Source: Coriobacteriaceae bacterium (GTDB lineage: Bacteria; Actinomycetota; Coriobacteriia; Coriobacteriales; UMGS124). Taken from it: a stretch of DNA of 61,860 bases. The position numbers were made by a program, and so were the translations under genes. Numbering within the stretch: the stretch's first letter is position 1; the number at the start of each line of letters is the position of its first letter. Positions 1 through 10,861 of this stretch are shown here, one piece after another. The notes under the pieces are model-generated. The model was not told where the DNA came from. It saw only the letters and a list, made by a program, of their open reading frames with translations, and searched no databases. The stretch is from the NCBI GenBank assembly GCA_019420325.1, contig JAHZHK010000001.1, positions 1 through 61,860 on the forward strand. The letters are read 5' to 3'.

Positions 1-496
1 GGGCGCCGTAGCGGGTGTGGGAGTCGGAGCCCAGGATCATCTTGCCGCACCCGGCCATCGTCTCGCGCATGTACTGGTGGATGACGGCGATGTGGGCGGG
101 CACGTAGATGCCGCCGTACTTCTTGGCGGCGGACAGGCCGAAGGCGTGGTCGTCCTCGTTGATGGTGCCGCCCACGGCGCACAGCGAGTTGTGGCAGTTC
201 GTGAGCACATAGGGGATGGGGAACTCGGTGAGGCCCGAGGCGCGCGCCGTCTGGATGATGCCCACGAAGGTGATGTCGTGGCTGGCCATGGCGTCGAAGC
301 GCAGCTTAAGGTGCTCCATGTCGGGTGCGGTGTTGTGCGCCGCCATGATGGAGTACGCCATCGTCTGCGTGCGCGCCTCCTGGGCGTCGAGCACGCGCCC
401 TGTCTGCTCGCTGAAGGCCTGCGCCTCGTCTGCTGCTACAAGCGTGCGTCCGTCGACAAGAAACGCGCCGCCCTCGAAAAGCTCAACTGCCGCCAT
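1..496 (-). CDS. Aconitase-family hydro-lyase, N-terminal part (gene continues beyond window start)
   Basis: My reverse-strand translation from the ATG at 496-494 gives [10 protein letters not shown]...[10 protein letters not shown]...[21 protein letters not shown] is the aconitase-family Fe-S ligand region. GGAAGGA RBS upstream. Not in the ORF track because it is truncated by the window edge. Confidence 0.6.
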   Translation of the reverse strand, partial: MAAVELFEGGAFLVDGRTLVAADEAQAFSEQTGRVLDAQEARTQTMAYSIMAAHNTAPDMEHLKLRFDAMASHDITFVGIIQTARASGLTEFPIPYVLTNCHNSLCAVGGTINEDDHAFGLSAAKKYGGIYVPAHIAVIHQYMRETMAGCGKMILGSDSHTRYGA

Positions 497-638
497 CGGC
501 TATCCTTCCCATACCTTGTGCGGGCCTGCCCCGCACCGTTTGACGCAAGTCATTATCATGTGCCTTTTGAACAGGCATGTTTCGGACCCGCAAATCGCTC
601 AGATGCGGCACGGGTTGCGTGCAGTCCGTGCCGCTCGG

Positions 639-1823
639 CTAGCGAGAAAGCCCGTTCGCGGCCGCCTCGAGCCGCTCGAGCGCCTCTTTCACCACACTGC
701 GCGGACATGCCACGTTCAGGCGGATGAAGCCCTCGCCCTCCTTGCCGAAGATGGAGCCCATGTCGAGCCACAGGCGCGCGTCGTGCTGGATGAAGCGCGT
801 GAGCTCCTCGTCGGTCAGGCCCAGGCCGCGGCAGTCCACCCACAGCAGGTAGGTGCTCTCGGGCTCGGTGAACTTGAGGGTGGGAATGCGCTGGGCGATG
901 AAGTCGCGCACGAGGGCGATATTGCCCTCGAGGTAGTCTTTGAGCTGGTCAAGCCACTCGTCACCTTGGGTGAAGCACGCCTGTGCCGCTGCCAGGCCAA
1001 AGCAGCTCGGCTCGTCGTAGCCTGTGGCGCACACCTCGTCGGCGAAGCGCCGGCGCAGCTCGGGGTTGGGGATGAGGATGTTGGAGAGCTGCAGGCCCGC
1101 CAGGTTGAACGTCTTGGAGGGCGCGGTGCACACCACGCAGTTCTGCGCGAACTCCTCGCCCAGGCTCGCGTAGCACGCGTGCGGGTGGCCTGGCCGGTCG
1201 AAGTCGGCATGGATCTCGTCGGCCACTACGAGCACGCCTGCCTTCTGGCAGATCTGGCCCATGCGGCGCAGCTCGTCTTCGGTCCAGGCGCGGCCCACGG
1301 GGTTGTGCGGGTTGCTCATGATGAAGAGCGTCGGGCGCTCCTCGCGCACCACACGCTCGAACACGTCGAAGTCGATGCTGTAGGAGCCGTCGTCGTTGCA
1401 GGTAAGGGGGGCGTTTGCGACGCGGCGGCCGTTTTGGTCGATGGTGTTGGCGAAGGGGTAGTACACGGGCGGCTGGATGAGCACGGTGTCGCCCTCGTGT
1501 GTGAAGCAGCGCACGGCCATGGAGAGGGCGAAGCACACGCCGGGCGTGATGACGACCCACTCCTCGCGGGGGCGGAAGCCGTGACGGCGACCGAACCAGT
1601 CGCACATGGCGGTGTAGTAGCTCTCAGGCGTCTGCGTGTAGCCGAAGATACCCTCCTGCGCGCGTGCCACCAGGGCGTCGATGGCAGGCTGGGGGCAGCG
1701 GAAGTCCATGTCGGCCACCCACATCGAGATCTCGTCGGGGGAGTGCCCAGACTTTTCGGCACCGTCCCACTTGCAGCAGTTCGTGCCACGCCTGTCAATG
1801 ACCTCGTCGAAGTTGTACTGCAT
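639..1823 (-). CDS. PLP-dependent C-S lyase / cystathionine beta-lyase, PatB/MalY family aminotransferase
   Basis: ORF 639..1847. Sequence MQYNFDEVIDRRGTNCCKWD...SNPHNPVGR...SKTFNLAGL is typical of MalY/PatB class I/II aminotransferases. Start moved to the internal ATG at 1823 (MQYNF). Confidence 0.8.
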   Translation of the reverse strand: MQYNFDEVIDRRGTNCCKWDGAEKSGHSPDEISMWVADMDFRCPQPAIDALVARAQEGIFGYTQTPESYYTAMCDWFGRRHGFRPREEWVVITPGVCFALSMAVRCFTHEGDTVLIQPPVYYPFANTIDQNGRRVANAPLTCNDDGSYSIDFDVFERVVREERPTLFIMSNPHNPVGRAWTEDELRRMGQICQKAGVLVVADEIHADFDRPGHPHACYASLGEEFAQNCVVCTAPSKTFNLAGLQLSNILIPNPELRRRFADEVCATGYDEPSCFGLAAAQACFTQGDEWLDQLKDYLEGNIALVRDFIAQRIPTLKFTEPESTYLLWVDCRGLGLTDEELTRFIQHDARLWLDMGSIFGKEGEGFIRLNVACPRSVVKEALERLEAAANGLSR

Positions 1824-1944
1824 GATTTTGCACTCTCTTTCAACCAAAGGCGACAGGGATGCGCTGTGGCAAGGCGCTCAGGGCCGATGTGTACTGGAGT
1901 ACATGAGGCCCTGAGGAACGCAGCCACAGCGCATCCCGGGACTT

Positions 1945-2679
1945 CTAGTTCTTGACGCTCAGCACGTTGCCGGCCATGGCCTTGACCTTCTTGGCGCGCA
2001 CCATGCGCAGGATGCCCGAGGGGTCGATGTGCCACACGGCAAATGAGGGCAGGCCGTCGGCCGAGTCGCGCATGTAGTCAATGAGTTGGGCGAGCATCTG
2101 CAGGCCGGGCAGGTCGGTGTCGGCCGCTGCCTCCTCGTCGCCTTCGCCCTCCTCGTTTTCGTGGGCCATGAGGTAGCTCAGGGCTGCCTGGCGCGTGGTG
2201 GTGCCCACATGGATGCGCAGGCCTTCAGGTGCAGGGACGGGCTCGTAGTCGAAGGGGTTCTCGTCGCCCTTCTGCTCGTCTTGCTCGTCTTCGGACTCCT
2301 CGCGGGCACTCTCGCCCTCGCCGTTTGCCGGTGTGCGCTCCGCGTCAGCGGCTTCCTCGTTGCCTTCCTGCTCGTCGGCCTGGGCCTCGGCTTCCATCTT
2401 CGCGCGCTCGATGGCGGCCTGCGTGGCCTCCATCACCTCGCCTCGCGCGGCTTCCAGGTCGAAGTCCTCGGGGATGAGAGTCTTGGCCTGCGCCCATACC
2501 TCCACCGGTGAGCTGGCCTTTTTAGCGTTTTCGAGCGACTCGGGATCAACCACGAGGCGCGCGGAGTCCCAGCGGCCCTCCACAATCTGGCGGCCCCACT
2601 CGTCGAGCTCGGCACGGTCGGTGTAGAAAAGCCACGCGGCGCGGCGCGGGTCGTCTCCCTTGTTCATGAGAACGGGCAT
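1945..2679 (-). CDS. Hypothetical, strongly acidic protein (central E/D-rich low-complexity region)
   Basis: ORF 1945..2727. Start placed at MPVLMNKGD (ATG 2679, GGGAG RBS). No recognisable catalytic motif. Long EAEAQADEQEGNEE...ESEDEQDEQ segment. Confidence 0.5.
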   Translation of the reverse strand: MPVLMNKGDDPRRAAWLFYTDRAELDEWGRQIVEGRWDSARLVVDPESLENAKKASSPVEVWAQAKTLIPEDFDLEAARGEVMEATQAAIERAKMEAEAQADEQEGNEEAADAERTPANGEGESAREESEDEQDEQKGDENPFDYEPVPAPEGLRIHVGTTTRQAALSYLMAHENEEGEGDEEAAADTDLPGLQMLAQLIDYMRDSADGLPSFAVWHIDPSGILRMVRAKKVKAMAGNVLSVKN

Positions 2680-2900
2680 GGTTGCTCCCATCGTCGAAGT
2701 GTCGTCTGGGCAGGAATTATAGGCCATACGAGGTCCATGCCGCTATCAGTCGCGCCGATGGCTGGCAATCAAAACATATCGCGCCCGCGCATTGTTCTTC
2801 GCCGCACTTGGCCGCCGGAGAGGGTATCTTTATCCCTTGGAAATTTGAGCCATTCAAAACGACCCTGCACGAGCCATGTGCCTTCTCCCAAGGAGCCCCC

Positions 2901-3890
2901 ATGCCTATCAACATCCCCACCGGACTTCCTGCTAAGGAGATTCTTGACGACGAGCGCATTTTCGCGCTTGAGGAGAACGTCGCTTCCAAGCAGCATATGC
3001 GCCCGCTGAGGGTCGTGCTGCTCAACCTCATGCCCAAGAAGATCGAGACGGAGACGCAGATTCTGCGCCTCATCTCAAAGTCGCCGCTGCAGGTGGATAT
3101 GGACTTCATGTGCATGGCGAGCCACGAGAGCAAGAACACCCCTCACGACCACCTCGTCAAGTTCTATGACACGTTCGAGGCGTTTCGGGAGCGTCGCTAC
3201 GATGCGCTCGTCATTACCGGCGCCCCCGTGGAGGAGATGGACTTCGAGGACGTCGACTATTGGGACGAGCTCGTCGAGGTCATGAAGTGGAGCCGCACCA
3301 ACGTCTACTCCACGCTGCACATCTGCTGGGGTGCTTTGGCGGGCCTGTACTTCCATCACGGCGTGAACAAGGTGGCACTGCCCAGCAAGCTTTTCGGCGT
3401 GTTCGCCACCAGGCTCACCGACGAGTACAACTTCCTCACCAACGGCTTCGACGAGCGCTTCTTCATGCCGCACTCCCGCCATGCCGGTATCGACCTCGCC
3501 CAGCTCGACGAGCATATCGGACGCGACCTGTACGCGCTGGGCACGAGTCCGGTGACGGGCCCCTCCATCCTGGCGACCTCCGACATGCGTCAGGTGTTCA
3601 TCACCGGCCACCTCGAGTACGCCAAGGGCACGCTCGACGCGGAATACCGCCGCGACCTGGGGCAAGGCAGGCCTATCGACATGCCGCGCAACTACTATCC
3701 CGACGACGACCCGGCCAACGAGCCCTGCCTCACCTGGCGCAGCCATGCCAACCTCTTCTGGCGCAACTGGCTCAACTACATCTACCAGATGACGCCCTTC
3801 GACCTCACCGAGCTCAGCGAAGACTACAAGGGCTACCGCATCTCCGAGCGCGTGTGGCAGCCCGGCACTCGCGGCGGCGACATCCGCTAG
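2901..3890 (+). CDS. metA: Homoserine O-acyltransferase (MetA family)
   Basis: MPINIPTGLPAKEILDDERIF...LRVVLLNLMPKK.ETE.Q..RL...HICWGA...TGHLEY is the canonical MetA pattern. AGGAG RBS at 2891-2895, ATG at 2901. Confidence 0.9.
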   Translation: MPINIPTGLPAKEILDDERIFALEENVASKQHMRPLRVVLLNLMPKKIETETQILRLISKSPLQVDMDFMCMASHESKNTPHDHLVKFYDTFEAFRERRYDALVITGAPVEEMDFEDVDYWDELVEVMKWSRTNVYSTLHICWGALAGLYFHHGVNKVALPSKLFGVFATRLTDEYNFLTNGFDERFFMPHSRHAGIDLAQLDEHIGRDLYALGTSPVTGPSILATSDMRQVFITGHLEYAKGTLDAEYRRDLGQGRPIDMPRNYYPDDDPANEPCLTWRSHANLFWRNWLNYIYQMTPFDLTELSEDYKGYRISERVWQPGTRGGDIR

Positions 3891-3984
3891 TCTCGGGCTA
3901 TCAAGCTGCAAGTGCGGGTATCATGTGCCGAGTCAAAAAACGATGTCGCGGCGCGGGTCGTGTGGTCGAGGAGGCATGTGAGAC

Positions 3985-6450
3985 ATGGCTATGCAGATGG
4001 TGAGGCTCGGGGACGTGTGCCGGGCGGCAAAGGAAGGCGAGCAGGACCTTACGGTGGCCGAGCGCTCGGCGCGCAAGGGGCCGTACGCCTACTTTGCCGA
4101 CAACTGTCAGTCGTTTGGTGTCGATGATTGGCTTGTGGATGCGGGCGGTGCAATCATCGTCCCTGCGTACGGCCAGATTGTGGCAAACACCGGGTATGTC
4201 ATGGCGCGCAAGGAGCAGGGGCGCTTCTCCTTTGGCAAGCAGGTGTATGCCCTCGTGCCCCACGACCGCACCGACACCGACTACCTCTACAACGTCATCA
4301 CGCACTCCCCGCAGGTGGCCCGCCAGGTCACCGGAACTCCTCAGCTGCGCCAGATTTCCCTGACCGCGCTGCTTGCCTCGCGCATTCCCTGGCCCTGCCG
4401 CGCTGTGCGCGACGCGTTTGTCGAGATGATTGAGGCTGACGAGGCCGAGTTCAAGCGCCTGCGCGCCCTGCCTGCCCAGCTCATGGCCGAGGGTGACGAG
4501 GCGTTTGCGAGCATTGTGGCCGCCGACGGTTCCGAGACCCTCGCCATGGCGGATGCCGTGGCATGGCGTACGGGCACCTCGGTGGCGGCCGAGCTGCGCG
4601 GCCCCGACAAGGCGGTGCGCGTGGAAGGCAGCCGCTGCACGCTGGGCCGCTGCGATGAGGTTCTGGCCGAGGGACCCTGTGTCGTGGCCGCCCCCCAGGG
4701 TCGCGCCATGGTCGCGCGCTACGTTCCCGAGGCATGCCACCCCTTGCAGGATGTGCTCTATGCCTGTGCGGCCGACTCCAAAGTCGAGCTGGGTGTCCTG
4801 CTGTTTGCCCTGCGTGCCGCCCGTGTGCGCGAGGGTCTGCCCAGGCAGGACTGGGTGAGCGAGCAAGACTTCGGTGCCCTGTGCCTGCACGTGGGCACCA
4901 TCGAGCAGCAGGAACGCTTCGCTTCTGTCGCAAGCGACATCTTCGACCGCCTTGCCAAGGCCGAGGCCGACCTTGTCCAGCTCGAGCGCGACCACGCGGC
5001 GCGCCTGGCGGAGTTCTTCACGCATGGCCGCGTGGGGGTCGATGGGTCGAGCGCGGTCGACGACGAGCCGCTCGGCGAAATCCCCGCGGCGCCCGAGGCG
5101 ATTGCCGCGTGTGGAAAGGACGCCGGCCAGGAGCGGGAAGATAGCGCTGATGCCGACTCCATGCCGGCCGACCTGCGTGGGCGCGTTGCGCAGATGGGCG
5201 TGCTTGCTCCTCTTGCCGCTCAGGGGCTGGAGATTCTGAGCGATCCTGCCGATGTTGCCTGGGAGCTTGCGCCCCTAGCCGTTGTGCGCGCGTGCGCCTC
5301 GAGCTCGCAGTGGGCGTTCGTCGCCGCCGCTGCCGGCCCCTATGCCGCGCCTGCCTATGCCAATCTCGTGCGCGCGCTCGACACGGTCATGACCGAGCTC
5401 TCCGAGTCCAACGACCTGCTGTCGTTCTTGCCCAACCTCTCGTACGGTTCGTCTCTGCTGACGCTTGAGCAGCTTGCTGGGTGGGTCGGTATGCTCGACG
5501 CCATCGAGCCGGGCACCATTACGGGTGCTGCCGTGCGCGCCGTGCTGCGCCTCGACTCCTCGTTTGCCGTGCTGCCTGACTCAGTCAACGGCCTGCTAGA
5601 GGGCGCGGTGCGCTCCTGCGCCCGTGGCCTGGGTCACGAGCCGCAAAGCGCCTATGTGCCCTGCTCGTCGGGCGAGGGTCTCATCGACCTGCTCGCACAT
5701 GATTTTCCCGAGGCCACGCTGCGCTCCCAAACGCAGGAGTTCTCCCATATCCTGGCCGACATGCTCGTGAGGGCCGCCGAGCTCGAGGGTATGGGCGAGC
5801 AGCGTGGTGGCCTGGGTGCCGCCGTGGGCAGTGCGCTTGCGCATGACGAGTTCAGCGACTGGCGGGCCGACCTTGTGTGCGCTGCACTTCCTTGTGAAGA
5901 GGGCGCCTGGCATGAGGGCGCCGTCTCGCCCGACGATCCCCGTTGGGCCGCGCTGGGCGTGCCTCCGCGCAACAAGGCGACGTTCGCTTGGATTCAGCAG
6001 GCGATGTTCCACCAGGCGACGGGGGGAGCCGTCGTGCTTCTCGCGCCGAACTGCGCCTTGCATTCATGCGTGGGCAGCGAGACTGAGCTGCGCCGCAAGC
6101 TTGCTACCTCGGGTCGCGTACGCGCCGTCGTGTCGCTGCCCTCGCGCATCTTTGCCGACGGCCGCCCTGCCTCGAGCCTGATCGTGCTGGGTGACCCGCG
6201 CGACGCCGCCTGCGCGCAGACGCTCATGGTTGACATGCTTGGCTGCGGCGTGCCTTCGAGTGGCACGTGCGCGGGTGCCGCTGCGACCCGCGAGCTTCCC
6301 GCCGAGGTTGCCGCCCATGCCGCGCGCGTGCTCGCGGCTTGGGTCGAGCGTGGTGAAGCGTCGTGCGAGCAGGGCTTCTGCCGCGTCGTCGGCGCCGAGG
6401 AGATTGCCGCAAACGTCGACGTCCTTACCCCTTGGACGTACGTGGGGTAG
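3985..6450 (+). CDS. Type I R-M-like HsdS (two target-recognition domains) fused to an HsdM-like C-terminal domain with degenerate catalytic motifs
   Basis: N-terminal about 350 aa have the S-subunit layout: VRLGDV..., ISLTALLASRIPWPCRAVRDAFVEMIE, and a second TRD ending LHVGTIEQQERFASVASDIFDRL. The C-terminal part aligns by eye to HsdM: YVPCSSGEGLIDLL in place of DPxCGSGgFL, DLVCAALPCEE in place of D.v.aNPPF, then NKATFAWIQQAMFH, ETELRRKL..GRVRAVVSLPSRIF and a C-terminal EEIAANVDVLTPWTYV. Confidence 0.6.
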   Translation: MAMQMVRLGDVCRAAKEGEQDLTVAERSARKGPYAYFADNCQSFGVDDWLVDAGGAIIVPAYGQIVANTGYVMARKEQGRFSFGKQVYALVPHDRTDTDYLYNVITHSPQVARQVTGTPQLRQISLTALLASRIPWPCRAVRDAFVEMIEADEAEFKRLRALPAQLMAEGDEAFASIVAADGSETLAMADAVAWRTGTSVAAELRGPDKAVRVEGSRCTLGRCDEVLAEGPCVVAAPQGRAMVARYVPEACHPLQDVLYACAADSKVELGVLLFALRAARVREGLPRQDWVSEQDFGALCLHVGTIEQQERFASVASDIFDRLAKAEADLVQLERDHAARLAEFFTHGRVGVDGSSAVDDEPLGEIPAAPEAIAACGKDAGQEREDSADADSMPADLRGRVAQMGVLAPLAAQGLEILSDPADVAWELAPLAVVRACASSSQWAFVAAAAGPYAAPAYANLVRALDTVMTELSESNDLLSFLPNLSYGSSLLTLEQLAGWVGMLDAIEPGTITGAAVRAVLRLDSSFAVLPDSVNGLLEGAVRSCARGLGHEPQSAYVPCSSGEGLIDLLAHDFPEATLRSQTQEFSHILADMLVRAAELEGMGEQRGGLGAAVGSALAHDEFSDWRADLVCAALPCEEGAWHEGAVSPDDPRWAALGVPPRNKATFAWIQQAMFHQATGGAVVLLAPNCALHSCVGSETELRRKLATSGRVRAVVSLPSRIFADGRPASSLIVLGDPRDAACAQTLMVDMLGCGVPSSGTCAGAAATRELPAEVAAHAARVLAAWVERGEASCEQGFCRVVGAEEIAANVDVLTPWTYVG

Positions 6451-6639
6451 GCCCTGAGCCTCGATGCCCGCACCTTGCCTCGCAGCTCTGCGTTCGGCGT
6501 GAGCCGCTGGGGTGAAGCCGTGCGGCGCATGCCGCGTCTTGTTTGGGTTTTACCGCGCTTTGCAGGTTTGACGTGCTGGGAGCGCGGTTCTCATCGTCAG
6601 TCAATGCGGCTGTGAGCCGCCCGTGAAAGGAGCTCTTCC

Positions 6640-7050
6640 ATGAGTGGAATCGATACCGTCCTGCAGTACCTCCAGGCCGTTCCTGCCTGGTATCTCGCCA
6701 CGAGCGTCGACGACCAGCCCCATGTGCGCCCCTTCAGCTATGCCGCTGAGTGCGACGGCCGCGTGTGGTTCGTGACCGCCACGACCAAGGACGTCTGGCA
6801 GGAGCTGCTTGCCAACCAGAAGTTCGAGGCCACGAGCTGGTGGCCCGGCCACGGCTGGCTCATCCTTCGTGGCCTGGCCGGCCTCAAGGACGAGGTCACG
6901 CCCGAGATTCGTAAGGCCGGCTACGAGCACCTCACGGCCCTCGGCGAGTCCTATGATGGTCCCGACGACCCCACCCTCGTTTTCTTCTCTGTCGAGCAGC
7001 CCCAAGCCTGGATCTGCAACCACGACGAATGGGTGCCCGTAGAAATCTAG
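6640..7050 (+). CDS. Pyridoxamine 5'-phosphate oxidase-like FMN-binding split-barrel family protein
   Basis: 136 aa. The pattern WYLATSVDDQPHVRPFSY....DGRVWFVTATTKDVWQEL..N is typical of small PNPOx-like proteins. GAAAGGAG RBS. Confidence 0.65.
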   Translation: MSGIDTVLQYLQAVPAWYLATSVDDQPHVRPFSYAAECDGRVWFVTATTKDVWQELLANQKFEATSWWPGHGWLILRGLAGLKDEVTPEIRKAGYEHLTALGESYDGPDDPTLVFFSVEQPQAWICNHDEWVPVEI

Positions 7051-7067
7051 GATGAGTCGAAACCCAA

Positions 7068-7182
7068 CGGAAAGCTACCAGTAAGAATGTCGGAAAATCA
7101 CCGGTGAAACTGCCGGAAAAGTACCAGCGTAACTGTCGGAAAATTACCAGTGAACCTCACGGAAAATCATCAATGCGATATA
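7068..7182. repeat. Five tandem direct repeats with an exact 23-bp period (consensus about CGGAAAAnTACCAGTGAAaCTGt)
   Basis: Units start at 7068, 7091, 7114, 7137 and 7160: cggaaagctaccagtaagaatgt / cggaaaatcaccggtgaaactgc / cggaaaagtaccagcgtaactgt / cggaaaattaccagtgaacctca / cggaaaatcatcaatgcgatata. The array lies in the intergenic region immediately upstream of the ATPase gene. Confidence 0.9.
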
Positions 7183-7184
7183 AT
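7179..7184 (+). promoter_or_regulatory. Possible -10 box (TATAAT) overlapping the last 23-bp repeat
   Basis: Perfect TATAAT 39 nt upstream of the ATG at 7223. No convincing -35 was identified. Confidence 0.3.
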
Positions 7185-7222
7185 GACCTGGTAGATGAGC
7201 ATTGTGAGGGGAGGGTTTTGCG

Positions 7223-8536
7223 ATGGCATCCGTGGCACACAAGGCGGTCAGGCCGCAAGGCTACATACCGCGCATTGCCGACGAAAGGGTCGAGCGCTAC
7301 CTGCGGGTGTTTGGGGCCGTCGAGCTTGCAGGGACCAAGTGGTGCGGCAAGACCTGGACGGCTCTCGAGCATGCCGGGAGCGTGAGCTATGTTGACCGGG
7401 CGTTGGCCCTGGCGCGTGAAGACCCGACGTCCATGCTGGTGGGTGACAAGCCGCACGTCATCGACGAGTGGCAGCTTGCCCCGGCGATTTGGGACGCTGT
7501 CCGCCATGAAATTGACTTGACCCGCGGTTTGCGCGGTGGATGGATCCTTACGGGTTCCTCAACCCCCTTGCCCCGCGACGTGGGCGAGGGGGGTTTGCCG
7601 TGCCACAGCGGGGCCGGCCGCATCGGAAGGGTACGCATGCGGCCCATGACGCTGTCCGAGAGCGGCGACTCTGAGCGCACGGTCTCGCTGGCGGGCCTGT
7701 TCCGGGGCGAGTTCGAGCCGTCTTTGGTCCATACCGACGCCGAGACGCTCGTCGGGCTTGCCTGTCGCGGTGGCTGGCCGGCTGCCGTCGACCTGGCTCC
7801 CGAGGATGCACAGTTAGTCGCCCGCGATTACCTGCGCCTGCTGAGACGCGAAAGCGTGCCGCGCCAGGGAAAGGACGGCGACATCGCGGGGCGCCTGCTG
7901 TTCTCGCTGGCCCGAAACCTCGGGCAGGCGGCGACGTACAAGACGCTGCTCGTCGACATGTGCGACGCCGACGGCGAGGGCGGCGTCTCCCAGACGACCC
8001 TCGTCTCCTACCTGGCGCTGCTGCGGAACATGTACGTTATCGACGAGGTCCCGGGTTGGGCACCTCAAGCCCGCTCGCCCAAGCGAGTCTCCACCAAACC
8101 CAAGCGCTACCTCGCCGACCCGTCCTTGGCCGTGGCGGCGCTCGGCATGTCGCCCGATGCTTTCATGCAGGATTGGCAGACGTTCGGCCTCGTGTTCGAG
8201 GCCATGTGCATCCGCGACCTCGAGGTGTATGCCGAGGCGCTCGAGCCGGCGGCGGATATCCCCGTGAGGTATTACCGCGACGAGACGGGTCTTGAGGTCG
8301 ACGCCATCGTCGAGCTGGCAGACGGCAGATGGGCGGCGTTCGAGGTGAAGACAAGCGAGGTCAAGGCTGCCTCGGGGATTGAGAACCTCAAGCGCTTGCG
8401 TGACAAGCTCTGCTCGAACCCAGCCTCCCGCACCAGGCCACCCGAGTTCATGGCGGTGCTGACGGGGGTGTCGGATTACGCGAGGAAGGTCGAGGACGGC
8501 CTGTACGTCATCCCGATTCGCAGCCTGACGGCTTAA
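7223..8536 (+). CDS. AAA-type ATP-binding protein, DUF4143-containing family
   Basis: 437 aa. Walker A GTKWCGKT. Overall pattern (ERYL..FGAV.L.G...CGKT...IDEWQ..P.IWDAV..EID) matches the widespread ATPase/DUF4143 family. Confidence 0.7.
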   Translation: MASVAHKAVRPQGYIPRIADERVERYLRVFGAVELAGTKWCGKTWTALEHAGSVSYVDRALALAREDPTSMLVGDKPHVIDEWQLAPAIWDAVRHEIDLTRGLRGGWILTGSSTPLPRDVGEGGLPCHSGAGRIGRVRMRPMTLSESGDSERTVSLAGLFRGEFEPSLVHTDAETLVGLACRGGWPAAVDLAPEDAQLVARDYLRLLRRESVPRQGKDGDIAGRLLFSLARNLGQAATYKTLLVDMCDADGEGGVSQTTLVSYLALLRNMYVIDEVPGWAPQARSPKRVSTKPKRYLADPSLAVAALGMSPDAFMQDWQTFGLVFEAMCIRDLEVYAEALEPAADIPVRYYRDETGLEVDAIVELADGRWAAFEVKTSEVKAASGIENLKRLRDKLCSNPASRTRPPEFMAVLTGVSDYARKVEDGLYVIPIRSLTA

Positions 8537-8590
8537 GGGGCGGGTAGGGCCGTCTTCCGGCCCGCGCCGTTGTGCATGGCCTGCCGACGC

Positions 8591-8596
8591 TATAAT
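8591..8596 (+). promoter_or_regulatory. Possible -10 box (TATAAT) upstream of the methyltransferase operon
   Basis: Perfect TATAAT about 100 nt upstream of the start at 8693, in the 156-nt gap after the ATPase gene. Confidence 0.3.
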
Positions 8597-8692
8597 GACG
8601 AGCGGTGTAGCTCAAGAAAGGTCGCGGGGCGGGTGTTCTGCCTTGGCTTGAGTCCCCATGATTAAAACCTCGCGAGGAAAGGCCAGTGGTAC

Positions 8693-10859
<2,167 letters not shown>

Positions 10860-10861
10860 CC

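Noticed and set aside
2680-2900. Possible SAM riboswitch in the 220-nt leader of metA.
   Set aside because: Only vague resemblance (GCCGATGGCTGGCAATC versus the S-box GCCCGATGA..CCGGCAACC). I could not find the GGAGGGA/kink-turn elements or a convincing four-way junction. It would need cmsearch with Rfam SAM-I, SAM-IV and SAM-I/IV models.
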